Shown: positions 37,398 to 48,602, counted from the whole stretch's first letter. The stretch is DNA of 63,194 bases, filler included, from Chiloscyllium plagiosum (GCF_004010195.1; 5 parts of 5 records of this genome joined end to end with filler, not necessarily neighbours in it), one strand, 5' to 3'. Made by a program: numbers and translations. Notes: generated from the sequence alone by a model not told the origin.

Positions 37398-37742
37398 ATA
37401 CATGGCCCGTTCTTATGCAATCCCCTGAAGCAGTGACGGTGCCTGAGGGTGGGACAGTGACATTTCACTGTGATTTGTGGAGCAGTAATGTCAATTACAC
37501 CGTGGACAAATACACTGTACACTGGCACCATTCCCGAGATGGGCCAATCATATTGGCACATTATCCAAACGGTAGTGTTTCCCGATCGAGAGGATTCTCT
37601 GAGCGGTTTCAGCTTTCCAGAAATGTGACCAGTAACAGCTACATTCTGACCATCAGAGAGCTGCAGCTCAGAGACACCAATACCTACATCTGTCAGATTT
37701 GGGGGACAGTATTTGGGAAAGGGACCCGGCTGAATGTGACCA
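37398..37742 (+). CDS. Single-exon VJ-type Ig domain 1 (non-rearranging), phase 1-1
   Basis: DTWPVLMQSPEAVTVPEGGTVTFHC..VHWHH..RFQLSRN..LTIRELQLRDTNTYICQIWGTVFGKGTRLNVT, donor A|GTAAGT; 345 nt, no stops, no RSS. Original acceptor at 37085-37086, candidate new acceptor at 37396-37397. Confidence 0.85.
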
Positions 37743-37994
37743 GTAAGTATTCTCTAATACAATATTGATTTGATTGCCAGTGATTTCACCATGGAAGTAA
37801 CCCGTTTAAATGAACATTTTATAAACTTTATAACAGACCCAGTCCCAAACTCTCAACCCCCTCCACAACCTCTTGGCCCCTCCCCCCGGGTTCTCATCCC
37901 ATTTCCTCCCAAACCCTGACCCCAGCAGAAGCAGCACAGTCAGCTCACTGCCCTGGATCACAGACCATTCCCCTGGCTCCTGCCAATCAGTCAG

Positions 37995-38380
37995 GGAGTG
38001 ACAGGTAGGGAGCGAGTAACAGAAAGGGAGCAAGTGATAGAGTGAGTGATAAAGAGGGAGTGACGAGGAAGGAGCGAGTGACAGAGGGAGTGAGTGACAG
38101 ACAGGTAGTGAGTGACACAGATGGAGTGACAGTGAGGGAGTGACAGAGGGAGCGAGTGACAATGAGGGAGTGACAGGGAGGAAGTGAGTGACAGAGAGGG
38201 AGTGATAGAGAGTGAGCGAGTGATAGAGCGGGAGTGTCAGAGAAGGAGGATGTGACAGAGATTGAGTGACAGGGAGGGAGTGAGTGACAGAGAGGGAGTG
38301 ATAGAGAGTGAGCGAGTGATAGAGCGGGAGTGTCAGAGAAGGAGGATGTGACAGAGATTGAGTGACAGGGAGGGAGTGAA
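37995..38380 (+). repeat. GA-rich degenerate minisatellite (GAGTGACAGAGGGA-like)
   Basis: Direct reading; includes an internal duplication of about 100 bp. Confidence 0.8.
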
Positions 38381-39843
38381 CTTCAGTGAAATGTTAAGAA
38401 TCACATGTAGCCGCTTTAGCAGCTGCTGTCAAAAAGTAAGCACATCAGGTCAATGTGAGGGTTCACTGCTGGCAGGGTAAGGAGTCAGATAAGTAAAGGT
38501 AAGTAGGATGCCAGGTGGGGAGAGTGCCAGATAAGAAGGGTGCCATCTTAATAGATTACTAATTGGAAATGTATTCGGCTGCCATGACCATAAGGGGCCA
38601 GGTGAGTACGGGGTAGACCATTTAGGACAGAGATGAGGAGAAACTTCTTCACCCAGAGAGTGGTGGCTGTGTGGAATGCTCTGCCCCAGAGGTCAGTGGA
38701 GGCCCAGTCTCTGGATTCATTTAAGAAAGAGTTGGATAGAGCTCTCAACGATAGTGGAATCAAGGGTTATGGAGATAAGGCAGGAACAGGATACTGATTA
38801 AGGATGATCAGCAATGATCATATTGAATGGTGTTGCAGGCTCGAAGGGCAGAATGGCCTACTCCTGCACCTATTGTCTATTGTCTATTGAGTAATGTGTA
38901 ACTGGGTCAAGGCTAGGGTGACAGATGGTAGTGGGCCCCGTGGGAAGAGGATTCAGATGCAAAGTTGGGAAAGAGAGAACTGATGCAGGGAATGGGGGAT
39001 GTGGTTTGGGGAAGAGCAGGGGAAATGGGCTAGGATCCAAGGGGGTCAGGTTTCACATTCTGTGCTGGGAGTTGGCAGGGATCTGGAGGTGTGTGAGGTA
39101 AGAGTGTGGTCTGCTGAATAGTTACTCAGGAATTAGATTATGTATTTAATATTCTAATTTTTCACAAAGAGACAGTTGAGGACAATGTTGAGGCACTGGT
39201 GGCGATCATTCAGAAATCACAGGAATCAGGGAGGGTCGCAGAGGATTGGAAATTCATGAATGTAACACCCCTGTGGTAAAGGTAGAAAGATTCTTAATGG
39301 GTGAGGGGATCAAGGATTATAGGGAGAAAGCAGAAGAATGAGATTGAGAAGCGTATCAACAATAATCGAATAGCAGAGCAGTCTCAGTGGACCGAATTCT
39401 GCACCTCTATTTTATGGGTGAAAGTGAGGACAGCAGATGCTTGAGATCGGAGTCAAGATTAGAGTGGTTCTGGAAAAGACCAGCAGGTCAGGCAGCATCC
39501 AAGGAGCAGGAAAATCGACGTTTCGGGGAAAAAACCTTCATCGGGAATGATGAAGCCCTGGTGAAGGGCTTTTGCCCGAAACATCGATTTTCCTCTATTT
39601 CGTGGTCTTATTGTCTGAGTCCCACTCCACAGCCTTGAGCACAAAATATTCTCTGAAGCTGTCGGTTAGTACAAGGCAAAGTGGAAGGATAAAGATCAGG
39701 AATGGTCTAAAAGAATCTGTTTCTAATTAATGAGAATCCACAACTACTGATAAAATCCAGGCGATTTTGTCACGGCTTTGTTTCCAAGTGCTTACTTTTG
39801 AGGTTTCTCATCTGTCCTGATCTCTGTAATTTTCTATTCACAG

Positions 39844-40194
39844 ATCGAGATACATGGCCAGTGCTTATCCAATCTCCTGAAGCAGTGTCAGTGCCTGAGG
39901 GTGGGACAATGACATTTCACTGTGATTTGCGAAGCAGCAATGTCAATTACACTGTGGACATATACACTGTACACTGGCACCATTCCCGAGACGGGCCGGT
40001 CTTATTGACACATTTTGCAGGCGGCGGTGTTTCCCGATCGAGAGGATTCTCTGAGCGGTTTCAGCTTTCCAGAAATGTGTCCAGTAACAGCTTCATTCTG
40101 ACCATCAGAGAGCTGCAGCTCAGTGACACCAATACCTACATCTGTGAGATTTGGGGGAAAGTCTTTGGGAAAGGGACCCCGCTGAATGTGACCA
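39844..40194 (+). CDS. Single-exon VJ-type Ig domain 2 (non-rearranging), phase 1-1
   Basis: Acceptor ttttctattcacag|, DRDTWPVLIQSPEAVSVPEGGTMTFHC..W..DTNTYICEIWGKVFGKGTPLNVT, donor A|GTAAGT; 351 nt, intact, no RSS. Confidence 0.9.
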
Positions 40195-40979
40195 GTAAGT
40201 TTTCTCTAATACAATATTGATTTGATTGCCAGTGATTTTACCATGGAAGCATCCTGTTTAATTTAACATTTTATAAACTTTAAAACAGACCCAGTCCAGG
40301 ACTCTCGACCCCCTCCACAACCTCTTGGTCCCTCCCCCCGGGTTCTCAGCTCATTCCCTCCCAAACCCTGTCCCCAGCAGAAGCAACACAGCTCACTGCC
40401 CTGGATCACAGACCATTCCCCTGGCTCCTGCCAATCAGTCAGGCAGTGACAGAGAGTTAAATTAAACCTAAATTAAATGAACAGCAGCAGTTAAATTAAA
40501 CCTAAAGACTTGTCTTAGAGGGATACTTTCACTGGATGTGAATTGTTGTAATGGGATGGCCATATAGTCATGGGCTCATACAGCATGGAAACAGATCTTT
40601 CAATCCAACTCGTCCATGCCGACCAAGTTTCCCAAACTAAACAAATTTCTCTTGCCAGCATTTGGTCCATGTCCCTTTAAACCTTTCTTATTCATGTATC
40701 TATCCAAATGTTTTTTAAATATTGTATCTCTACCTGCACCTACCATTTCTTCCAGCAGTTCATTCCAACAGTTCAACCATCCTGTGTGAAAAATTTGCCA
40801 TCTGGGTTGCTTTTTAATCTTTCTCCTCTCATCTTAAAAATATGCTCCTTTGTTTTCAACTCACACATCCTTTGAAAAAGACCTTCATTATTCACCTTAT
40901 CCATGTCTTACAAGACTTTGTAAACCTCCATATGGTCACCATACAACCATGGTAGTGTAGGCTCTTACACAAACTACGG

Positions 40980-43312
40980 AGGCATGGGATTGAGGATGAT
41001 TTAACGGTTTGGATTAGAAATTGGCTAGCTGAAAGAAGACAGAGGTGGTATTAATGGGAAATGTTCATCCTGATATTCACCTTCTCAAAGAACTCAATAA
41101 CCTTCACAAAACCATGTTGACTATCCCTAATCAACTTATTCCTTTCAAGGTGATTATAAATCCCATCTCTTAAAACCTTTTCCAACACTTTACCCACAAC
41201 CGAAATAAGGCTCACTGGTCTATAATTACCAGGGTTGTCTCTCTTCCCCTTCTTGAATGAGTGGACAACATTTGCTCTCCTCCAGTGTTCTGGCACTATT
41301 CCCATAGACAGTGATGACATAAAGATCAATGTCAAAGGCTCCGCAATCTCCTGCCTGGCTTCCCAAAGAATCCTCAGTTAAATCACATCCAATTCAGGGG
41401 ATTCATCTACTTTCACACTTTCCAGAATTGCTAACACCTCATTCTTATGAACCTCAATCCCGTCAGTCTAGTAGCCTGTATCTCAGTATTCTTCTTGACA
41501 TTGTCTTTTTCCAGCGCGAATACCAACAAAAAAATTTCATTTAACGCTTCCCCATCTCCTCAGACTCCACACGCAACTTACCACTACTATCCTTGATTGG
41601 CCCTAATCTTACTCTCATCATTCTTTTATTCCTGATATATACCTGCACAAAGTTTTAGGGTTTTCCTTGATCCTATCTGCCAAAACTTTCTCATGGCCTC
41701 TCCTGGCTCTTCTTCGCGCTCTCTTTAGGTCTTTCCTGGTTAACTTGTAACTCTCAAGTCCCTAACAGTCTTGCATCTCATCCTAACATAAGTCTTCTTC
41801 TTCCTCTTGACAAGAGATTTACCTTCTTTAGTAAACCACAGCTCCATCACTCATGCAGTAGCTGTTCCTTGAACAAGCTCCACATTTCAATTGTGCCCAT
41901 CCCCTGCAGCTTCCTTTCCTATCCTATGTATCCTAAATCTTGCCTAATCGCATCATCGTTACCTTTCCCCCAGCTATAACTCTTGCCCTGCATTATATAC
42001 CTATCTTTTTGTATCACTAATGTAAACGTAACCAAATTGTGGACACTTTCACCAAAGCACCCTTCTACCTCCTCATCTAATCTGGGTTCATTACCCAATA
42101 CCAAATCTAATGTGGCCTCACCCTTTGTTGGACTGTCAACATACTGTGTCAGGAAACCGTCCTGCACATATTGGACAAAAACTGACCCATCTAAAGTACT
42201 CAAACGATAGTATTTCCAGTCAAAATTTGGAAAGTTAAAACTCCCATAACAACTACCTGTTACTGTCGCTCCTGAATCATCTTTGATATCCTTTCCTCTA
42301 CATCTCTGGAACCATTCCAAGGCCTATAAAAAAATTCCCAACAGAGTGACCTCTCCTTGCCTGTTTCTAACCGCAGCCCATACTACCTCAGTAGACGAGT
42401 TCTCAAACGCCTTTCCTGCAAACGTAATTCTGTCCTTTACTAACAATGCCACACTTCTCCAACTTTTACCATCTTTCTGAAACATTGAAATCCCAGAACA
42501 TGCAACAACCATTCCTCCCTCTGCTCTATCCCTGTATCCAAAATGGCCACAACATCAAAGTCCCAGGTACTAACCCATGCTGCAGGTTCACAGACCTTCT
42601 TCTGGATGCTCCTGGCATTGACGTAGACACACTTCAAACCACCTTCCTGCTTGCTGGTGAATTCTTGTGACCTTGAAACCTTATTTCAGACCTCACTATT
42701 CTCAACCTCCTGGACACCGGAACTACAATTTAGGTTCCCAACCCCCCTGCTGAATTAGTTTAAACCCTTCCAAAGAGCATTAGCAAATTCCTCCCCCCCC
42801 CCCGGGACATTGGTACCCCTCTGGTTCAAGTGTAGACCATCTTGTTTATAGAGGTCCTAACTACCCCAGGATAAGCCTCAATTATCTAGATACCTGAAAC
42901 CCTCCTTCCTGCACAATCCCTGTAGACATGTGTTCAACTTCTCTCTCGCTGTATTCCATGCCTCACTAGCACGTGGCATAGGTAACAAACCAGAGATAAC
43001 AATTCTGTTTGAACTAGCACTAAGCTTCCACCCTAGCTCCCTGAATTTCAGCCTTAAATCCCCATCCCTTTTCCTACCTATGTGGTTGGTGCCTATGTGG
43101 ACCACAACTTGGAGCTGCTCCCCCACCCCCTCAAGGATCCCGAACATACGATCCGAGACATCACAAAACCTGGCACCTGGGAGGCAGCACACTAATCATG
43201 TGTCTCTCACGTTCCCACAGAATCTGCTATCTGTCCCCCAAACTATGGAGTCCCCAATGACAATTGCCCTGCTCCTCTCTCACCCTCCTTTCCAAGCAAC
43301 AGGGACAGACCC
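40980..43312 (-). mobile_element. CR1 LINE (ORF1 esterase region, endonuclease, start of RT)
   Basis: CCLPGAR..VVVHIGTNHIG, CVYVNARSI, NPGNYRPVSLISVVGK, DSQHGF. Confidence 0.9.
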
Positions 43313-43473
43313 TTGAATTAAAGTAATCCTTGAGTTTTTCAGGTAAGGCTGCTTGATAATAGGTTGAGAATTCACCCAAGGTAACATGAGCTGATATGTT
43401 TTTCATTAAATATTTTAAATATTTAATAAGCTTTCGATTAGTTTTAAATTACTCACATATTTTTCTCTTAAAG

Positions 43474-43818
43474 CTGTAATTGTCCCAGTCCTTCTCCAGT
43501 CTCCGATCCTGGAACATGTCACCGAGGGTCACACTGCCCGGTTACAGTGCATCGTGATGAACGTTGCAGTAACACGCACCGATGTTCACTGGCACCGGGA
43601 ATAACCAGGGTAAAACACGGAATGGGTTTTAACACATGACGTGAGGAATATCAAACGACGGAGCTCAGGGTTTACTGAGCGGTTCCAGTTTTCCAGAGAG
43701 CCCTCCAATAACAGCTTCATTCTTACCATCACTAATGTGCAGCCCAATGACACTGGGGTCTATTATAGTAAGGTATGTGGGGATATCAGTCAGAATGGAA
43801 CCCAGCTGACTGTAACAA
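43474..43818 (+). pseudogene. Single-exon VJ-type Ig domain 3, pseudo-exon of a divergent subtype
   Basis: Acceptor tttttctcttaaag|, VIVPVLLQSPILEHVTEGHTARLQC..VHWHRE*PG*..GFTERFQFSRE..SFILTITNVQPNDTGVYYSKVCGDISQNGTQLTVT, donor A|GTATGT; 345 nt, two TAA stops, F-strand Cys replaced by Ser. Confidence 0.85.
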
Positions 43819-44220
43819 GTATGTCCTGTTTCTATGATACTAACTGATCTCTGATTGTGTGGGTGATGGACAGGCTGGGATTGGGATCATTTCACAACAC
43901 TTTTTTTGATAGTTGTTTTTGTTTCAAGATATTTTGAACAAGTCTGAAATATAACCTTTTCTACTTCAGCTTTATAGTGTTTACAACAAATGAAATCAGC
44001 AATTCTTAATCTTTCTTTGTCAATATTGGGAGTGATCCCCTCCTGATTTGCTTGGGGCGGTTGTGATGAGTCCATTTCTCTGTTGAGGGGACACTCCTCG
44101 GGAAGGTGCAGGGTAGTCTGCATCTCTCCACTCGCGTGTGACGGAGGGCTTTGGATTGAAGCCCCCTGAGGGAGGGAGCTAGCTGCTTCAGAGAATTTGA
44201 CTGGTTCTCATCCTATTCAG

Positions 44221-44446
44221 GAGAAAGTGAGGTCTGCAGATGCTGGAGATCAGAGCTGGAAATGTGTTGCTGGAAAAGCGCAGCAGGTCAGGCAGCATCC
44301 AGGGAACAGGAGAATCGACGTTTCGGGCATAAGCCCGAAGAAGGGCTTAAGTCCTGAAGAAGGGCTTATGCCCGAAACGTCGATTCTCCTGTTCCCTGGA
44401 TGCTGCCTGACCTGCTGTGCTTTTCCAGCAACACATTTCCAGCTCT
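44221..44446 (+). mobile_element. Short fold-back (Penelope-associated) element with a hammerhead-ribozyme core
   Basis: Inverted arms of about 85 bp; flanking duplication CTCATCCTATTCAG; CTGAAGA-A-GGGC(TTAT)GCCC-GAAACGTC at 44354-44381; relatives at about 7530-7740, 18860-19060 and 39420-39600. Confidence 0.65.
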
Positions 44447-45194
44447 CATCCTATTCAGCAAGGCCCACTCTCAGTGTGGGTGCTCCAAGGCAGCCATTTG
44501 ACAGATTGCTTTTGACACAAGGGGAGAATGTATCAGTGATATCTTACTGTCTCCATCTCTTGAATGACGTCTTGTTGGTGGACCTTGCTCGGGAATGTTG
44601 CTCCGTATGGAGCACTCTGATGGAGAGGGATCACCAAGCACAGCATTGTGGAGTCCAGAAAGGAAAGGTAGCACAGGTCAATTTCATCAATCTTATGGGT
44701 TTGCATCAGTCAGCAGATGTGTCAGGGAGGGGGAGAGAAGTTTGTGAGGACAGGAAACTGGGGGTAGGCTTGTTGACTGGAACATTCCGGTCATAAAGCA
44801 CATTGCTCGTGTCAGCATTGAGTGTCAGCAAGGTGTGGGAGGTGATGCAGAGGGTCAGACAGGTGCCCAGTAGCCTGTTGCTGTGGAGGCTCACATCCTC
44901 CATCAGTGCTGTGCTTCCACTCACTCTCATTTTAATTCTCACTCCCACTCTGACCTCGACCTCAAACACTGTCTCAATGAAACTCAAAATCAGCTCCAGG
45001 GAAACCATATCATCATTTGAACTGGGATTTTACAATGCTGCAAACTCAAACACAACCAGGACTAAATACAGTCGGTTCTGTTATAATGTGGGAGTTCTGT
45101 TCTCATGTTGTTAGAAAAACACATAATAGCAGCACCATTTAAACTAATGAGGCGGAAATCGTGTTATAACCATTACACACTTTAAAAGTTCGCA

Positions 45195-45640
45195 CTCTAC
45201 GCGGGAGTCTTCCCCCTTTCTCTCGGGGATCTGGGGTGGAGTGTGCTGCACGCAGCAGTCCCCTGCAACCGCAGATTACGGTGGTTCACAGACTCCCAGC
45301 CCAACTGCTTGTTCTGTGGCGCTGTGGAGTCTGTGGACCATGTATATATTGGGTGTGGGCGTTTGCACTCCCTTTTCGATTTTCTTTAAAACCTTCTCCT
45401 CTGTTTTTGGCTGCACTTCAGTCCCACGCTCCTGATCTTTGGGTACCCGGTACGGAGGAGGGAGGGCAGGTCTGAAGACCTCCTCGTGGGTCTGCTCCTG
45501 GGCCTGACCAAACTGGCCATTAACAGGTCCAGGCAGCGGGCCGTGGAGGGGGTCGTTAGGGCCGACTGCCTGCCCCTCTTCCGCGGTTACGCTAGAGCCC
45601 GGGTGTCCTTGGAGAAGGAGCAAGCGGTGTCCACCAACAC
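45195..45640 (+). mobile_element. Tx1-like LINE ORF2 C-terminal fragment
   Basis: C..CGAVESVDHVYIGC knuckle followed by LLLGLTKLAINRSR. Confidence 0.7.
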
Positions 45641-45740
45641 NNNNNNNNNNNNNNNNNNNNNNNNNNNNNNNNNNNNNNNNNNNNTTAATTAATTAANNNN
45701 NNNNNNNNNNNNNNNNNNNNNNNNNNNNNNNNNNNNNNNN
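45641..45740. other. Artificial contig-joining spacer
   Basis: 44 N + TTAATTAATTAA + 44 N. Confidence 0.97.
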
Positions 45741-46271
45741 CAGAATCTCATCAACAGAATGCAATATAGCACCTCAAGAAAATTTTATGACAGTTTCTAA
45801 CCTGCTTGTCATCAACTAATTAACAAACTAAATGCGAAAATATAATCAGGGTAAGAACATATGTTCAAGAAATTAATAATGATATTTTAGCATATTTTAA
45901 TCATGTTTAGTAATGTCGCGAACATCTTTGATTTCTTAGCGTTTGTTGTTGATAATAAAACTCACAATCAGGGTGTCACTGACATTAACCATTATTTATA
46001 GCTGACTGATTAAGAGACATTAGGTGTTTCAAGTCACCCAGCCACACAGAATGCCCATCTGATCAAAAAAAGAGATACACCGAGTAACTGACTCCATCAT
46101 CCCCATTGTAACTATTTGCTGAGCCTTAACTGAAGTCTGTAATCAGTCTGAACAAAAATCAATCCGAACCAAACCAAACTCAGCACAGAATCTGAGTTTC
46201 ATTTAATTCAGAAATTAGTCACATGAATAGAAAGTTTTTAAAAAGTCACTAAGAAAGTTCAAGGGTCTTAC

Positions 46272-46350
46272 CTGAAGTCACTGTCACCATGGCCCCAGTA
46301 ATCAAGATCGTCACAGTGTAACATCCTCTGGACTGGGTCACACAATAACT
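46272..46350 (-). pseudogene. IgH J segment (46272-46311) with 23-RSS (46312-46350); frameshifting deletion in WGQGT
   Basis: GAT TAC TGG GG|CC ATG GTG ACA GTG ACT TCA G|GTAAG is about 8 nt short of WGQGTMVTVTS; RSS on + reads CACAGTG-23-ACAATAACT. Confidence 0.88.
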
Positions 46351-46677
46351 AGCTCTGTATAAAACAAATCAAAAATCTGCTATCGTTTTATATTTTCAGA
46401 ACCACAGACAAAATAAAGTCACGATAAATCTTCATCACATAACTGTGCTATTAAATTCTGAACATTCTTGATTAATGTTAATACTGTTTTATACTTCACA
46501 GAGTAACACATGAGCTGATTCTCAAAATCCCCAACTGGTGTATCAATAATTACCCAACACTTTTACAAATGAAATAGTGATACTGGCATTAAACCGCACA
46601 GAACTAATACTACACTGCAAGTTAAGACGGTTTGTAGAAGTAAACACTGACTAGTTTCAAACAATGGAGGCTGAATA

Positions 46678-46748
46678 GGTTTTTGTATTGATCATAATTG
46701 CAGTGTCACCCCAGTTATATCACTGTGAGACACGTTGTGTCAAATACT
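46678..46748 (-). other. IgH D2 segment (coding 46706-46720) flanked by 12/12 RSS
   Basis: On +: GGTTTTTGT-12-TGCAGTG [tcaccccagttatat] CACTGTG-12-TCAAATACT. Confidence 0.85.
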
Positions 46749-47050
46749 ATGACAGACTGTAAACTGTAAAATGCAGAGAATTTCTTCACTTCCTAGAAAG
46801 CAGTGATTCAGACTCCTCTAAAAATGATTCAGTGTGTTATTTCAGCTTTTACGATCCATTGTATTTTGAAAGCTTGGAATACTTTTCCAGGTTTGGTCTG
46901 CATTTAACTTGACAATCAACACGAAGAAGGTAGAAAAAATTATACATTTGTACAAACTAGCACTACTGGATTGCGTTTAAATTGCATCTCACATTATTTC
47001 TCACTCCTGCCATGGTAGAAATCACCAATTTGAGACAAACACTTGTCAGT

Positions 47051-47130
47051 GGTTTTTGTATGAGGATGTCGCTGTGCACAACACTGTGACCCACTGTAGT
47101 ATCACAATGATGTCGACCAGTACACTCATT
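47051..47130 (-). other. IgH D1 segment (coding 47089-47102, ATACTACAGTGGGT) with 5' 12-RSS and 3' 22-RSS
   Basis: On +: GGTTTTTGT-22-CACTGTG [D] CACAATG-12-ACACTCATT (degenerate nonamer). Confidence 0.88.
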
Positions 47131-47490
47131 CTCTGTTCTTTACTCGAGGTATCAATTTTCATTTGAAAGAGCCATTTAGTACTGATCATGTTTAGAATGA
47201 ATGCCATAGTTGACAGAACAATTAGCAGCGATTTCCTGAGCTGTCAGATATATTAAAACTAATATTTTGTCCGAGCATTTAATTGATGGAAGTGTTAGCA
47301 GTACATATGACATGCCCAAAACATTGTCCCATTGTGTCACCAGTTTGCTCGTTTAAATGGTACATTTCCTCTTTGATAGTTTTGTAAGAGGCAGCCTGAG
47401 GTCTGCTTCAGATTGCAGTTGGTATAATTGCATTTAAAACTTGTACTGACCGTCAGTTTATGATGGAATTGACAAAATGTTCCCTCGGGC

Positions 47491-47529
47491 TGTTTTTGAA
47501 CGGGTCCAGCCCTGGTTCCTCTCGCTGTG
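47491..47529 (-). promoter_or_regulatory. 23-RSS of the VH segment
   Basis: CACAGCG + 23 nt + TCAAAAACA. Confidence 0.9.
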
Positions 47530-47834
47530 GTCTCTTGCACAGGAATAGATGGTGGTGTCTTCGATCTTCAGGTTCTCCATGTCCAACGCGAAAATGTTGT
47601 TTGATGTGTCTTTGGACGCAGTAAATCGACCCTTAATCGCTGGTGCAGAGTTACTGCTGGATGAATCATAGTACCAAAGCAGCCACTCCAGACCCTGTCC
47701 GGGAACCTGTCGGACCCAGCTCATGCTGTAGCTGCTAAGATCGAACCCGCTGGTTTTACAGGTCAGTTTCAGGCTGCCTGCGGGACGGCCAGTCTCTGCC
47801 TCTGGCTGGGTCAAAACAACCTCCGACTGGACAC
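47530..47834 (-). CDS. Shark IgM-type VH exon, unrearranged
   Basis: Acceptor ttttttaaag|GT; [69 protein letters not shown]; open frame. Confidence 0.95.
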
Positions 47835-47962
47835 CTTTAAAAAAGAAAACAAATAAACGATGAGCATTATTGCTGATGAAATGGTGGCTGAGTCTTTTAT
47901 ATTCCTGCCGTAGACTAACATTGAGACAGTCATAGAGAGAGACTTGAACAACAAACACTCAC

Positions 47963-48011
47963 ATGATAAGAAAGTCAGTAACAAACTGAGAAAAAGTGTC
48001 GACACAATCAT
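47963..48011 (-). CDS. VH leader exon
   Basis: MIVSTLFLSLLLTFLS T|GTGAGT; 49 nt, phase 1; TATAAA upstream at 48104-48099. Confidence 0.92.
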
Positions 48012-48602
48012 TCTGATAACTTGTGGGAAGCGGTCCTGCTAAGATCTTTCTAAACAGATCCGACCCAGGAGTGTTGAATTACGGTCCATTGCCCAGGATT
48101 TATATGGCCATCGGAAGGGGCAGGCTTACAGCTTCCGCATGTTGGTTTCCTGCTGGAGGCTCAGACTGGATCCTGGTATCAGCTTGCACAGCCCGAACAC
48201 ATGGGGTCATGTCTTTACATGAGGTTCTGCTTAAACATGGACACATACACATCTTGGGATATTTGTTTTGCTGAATAGCTTCTTTGGAAGTAAATTTGAG
48301 TAGCTTCAGGTCTGTTTCACATGATAGTTGCATGTATTTTGTTTAAAAAAAACAACAAATTCAATTGGAAGTTAGCTCCCTTTATTTCTACATTCATTCA
48401 CAAGCAGATAAAACTAAAATTAAAGTTCAAACATATTGCTATCTAATAAAACAGTTGAGCTTTTCTTCCCTGGATACTGCAAGTCTCTGTCGCACTCAAA
48501 ATAACATGTAATTCATACTAAACATTTCAAAATTCAATTTAGGCAACTGAATACAGAGCGTGTCCAAAATGATTATATTTAGAATATTCAATTAGAAGTT
48601 AA

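Noticed and set aside
27583-48011. TCR V and IgH V-D-D-J as a hybrid locus (TAILV or NAR-TCR-like trans-rearrangement)
   Set aside because: They are on different contigs, and the VH has its own ordinary D1-D2-J cluster.
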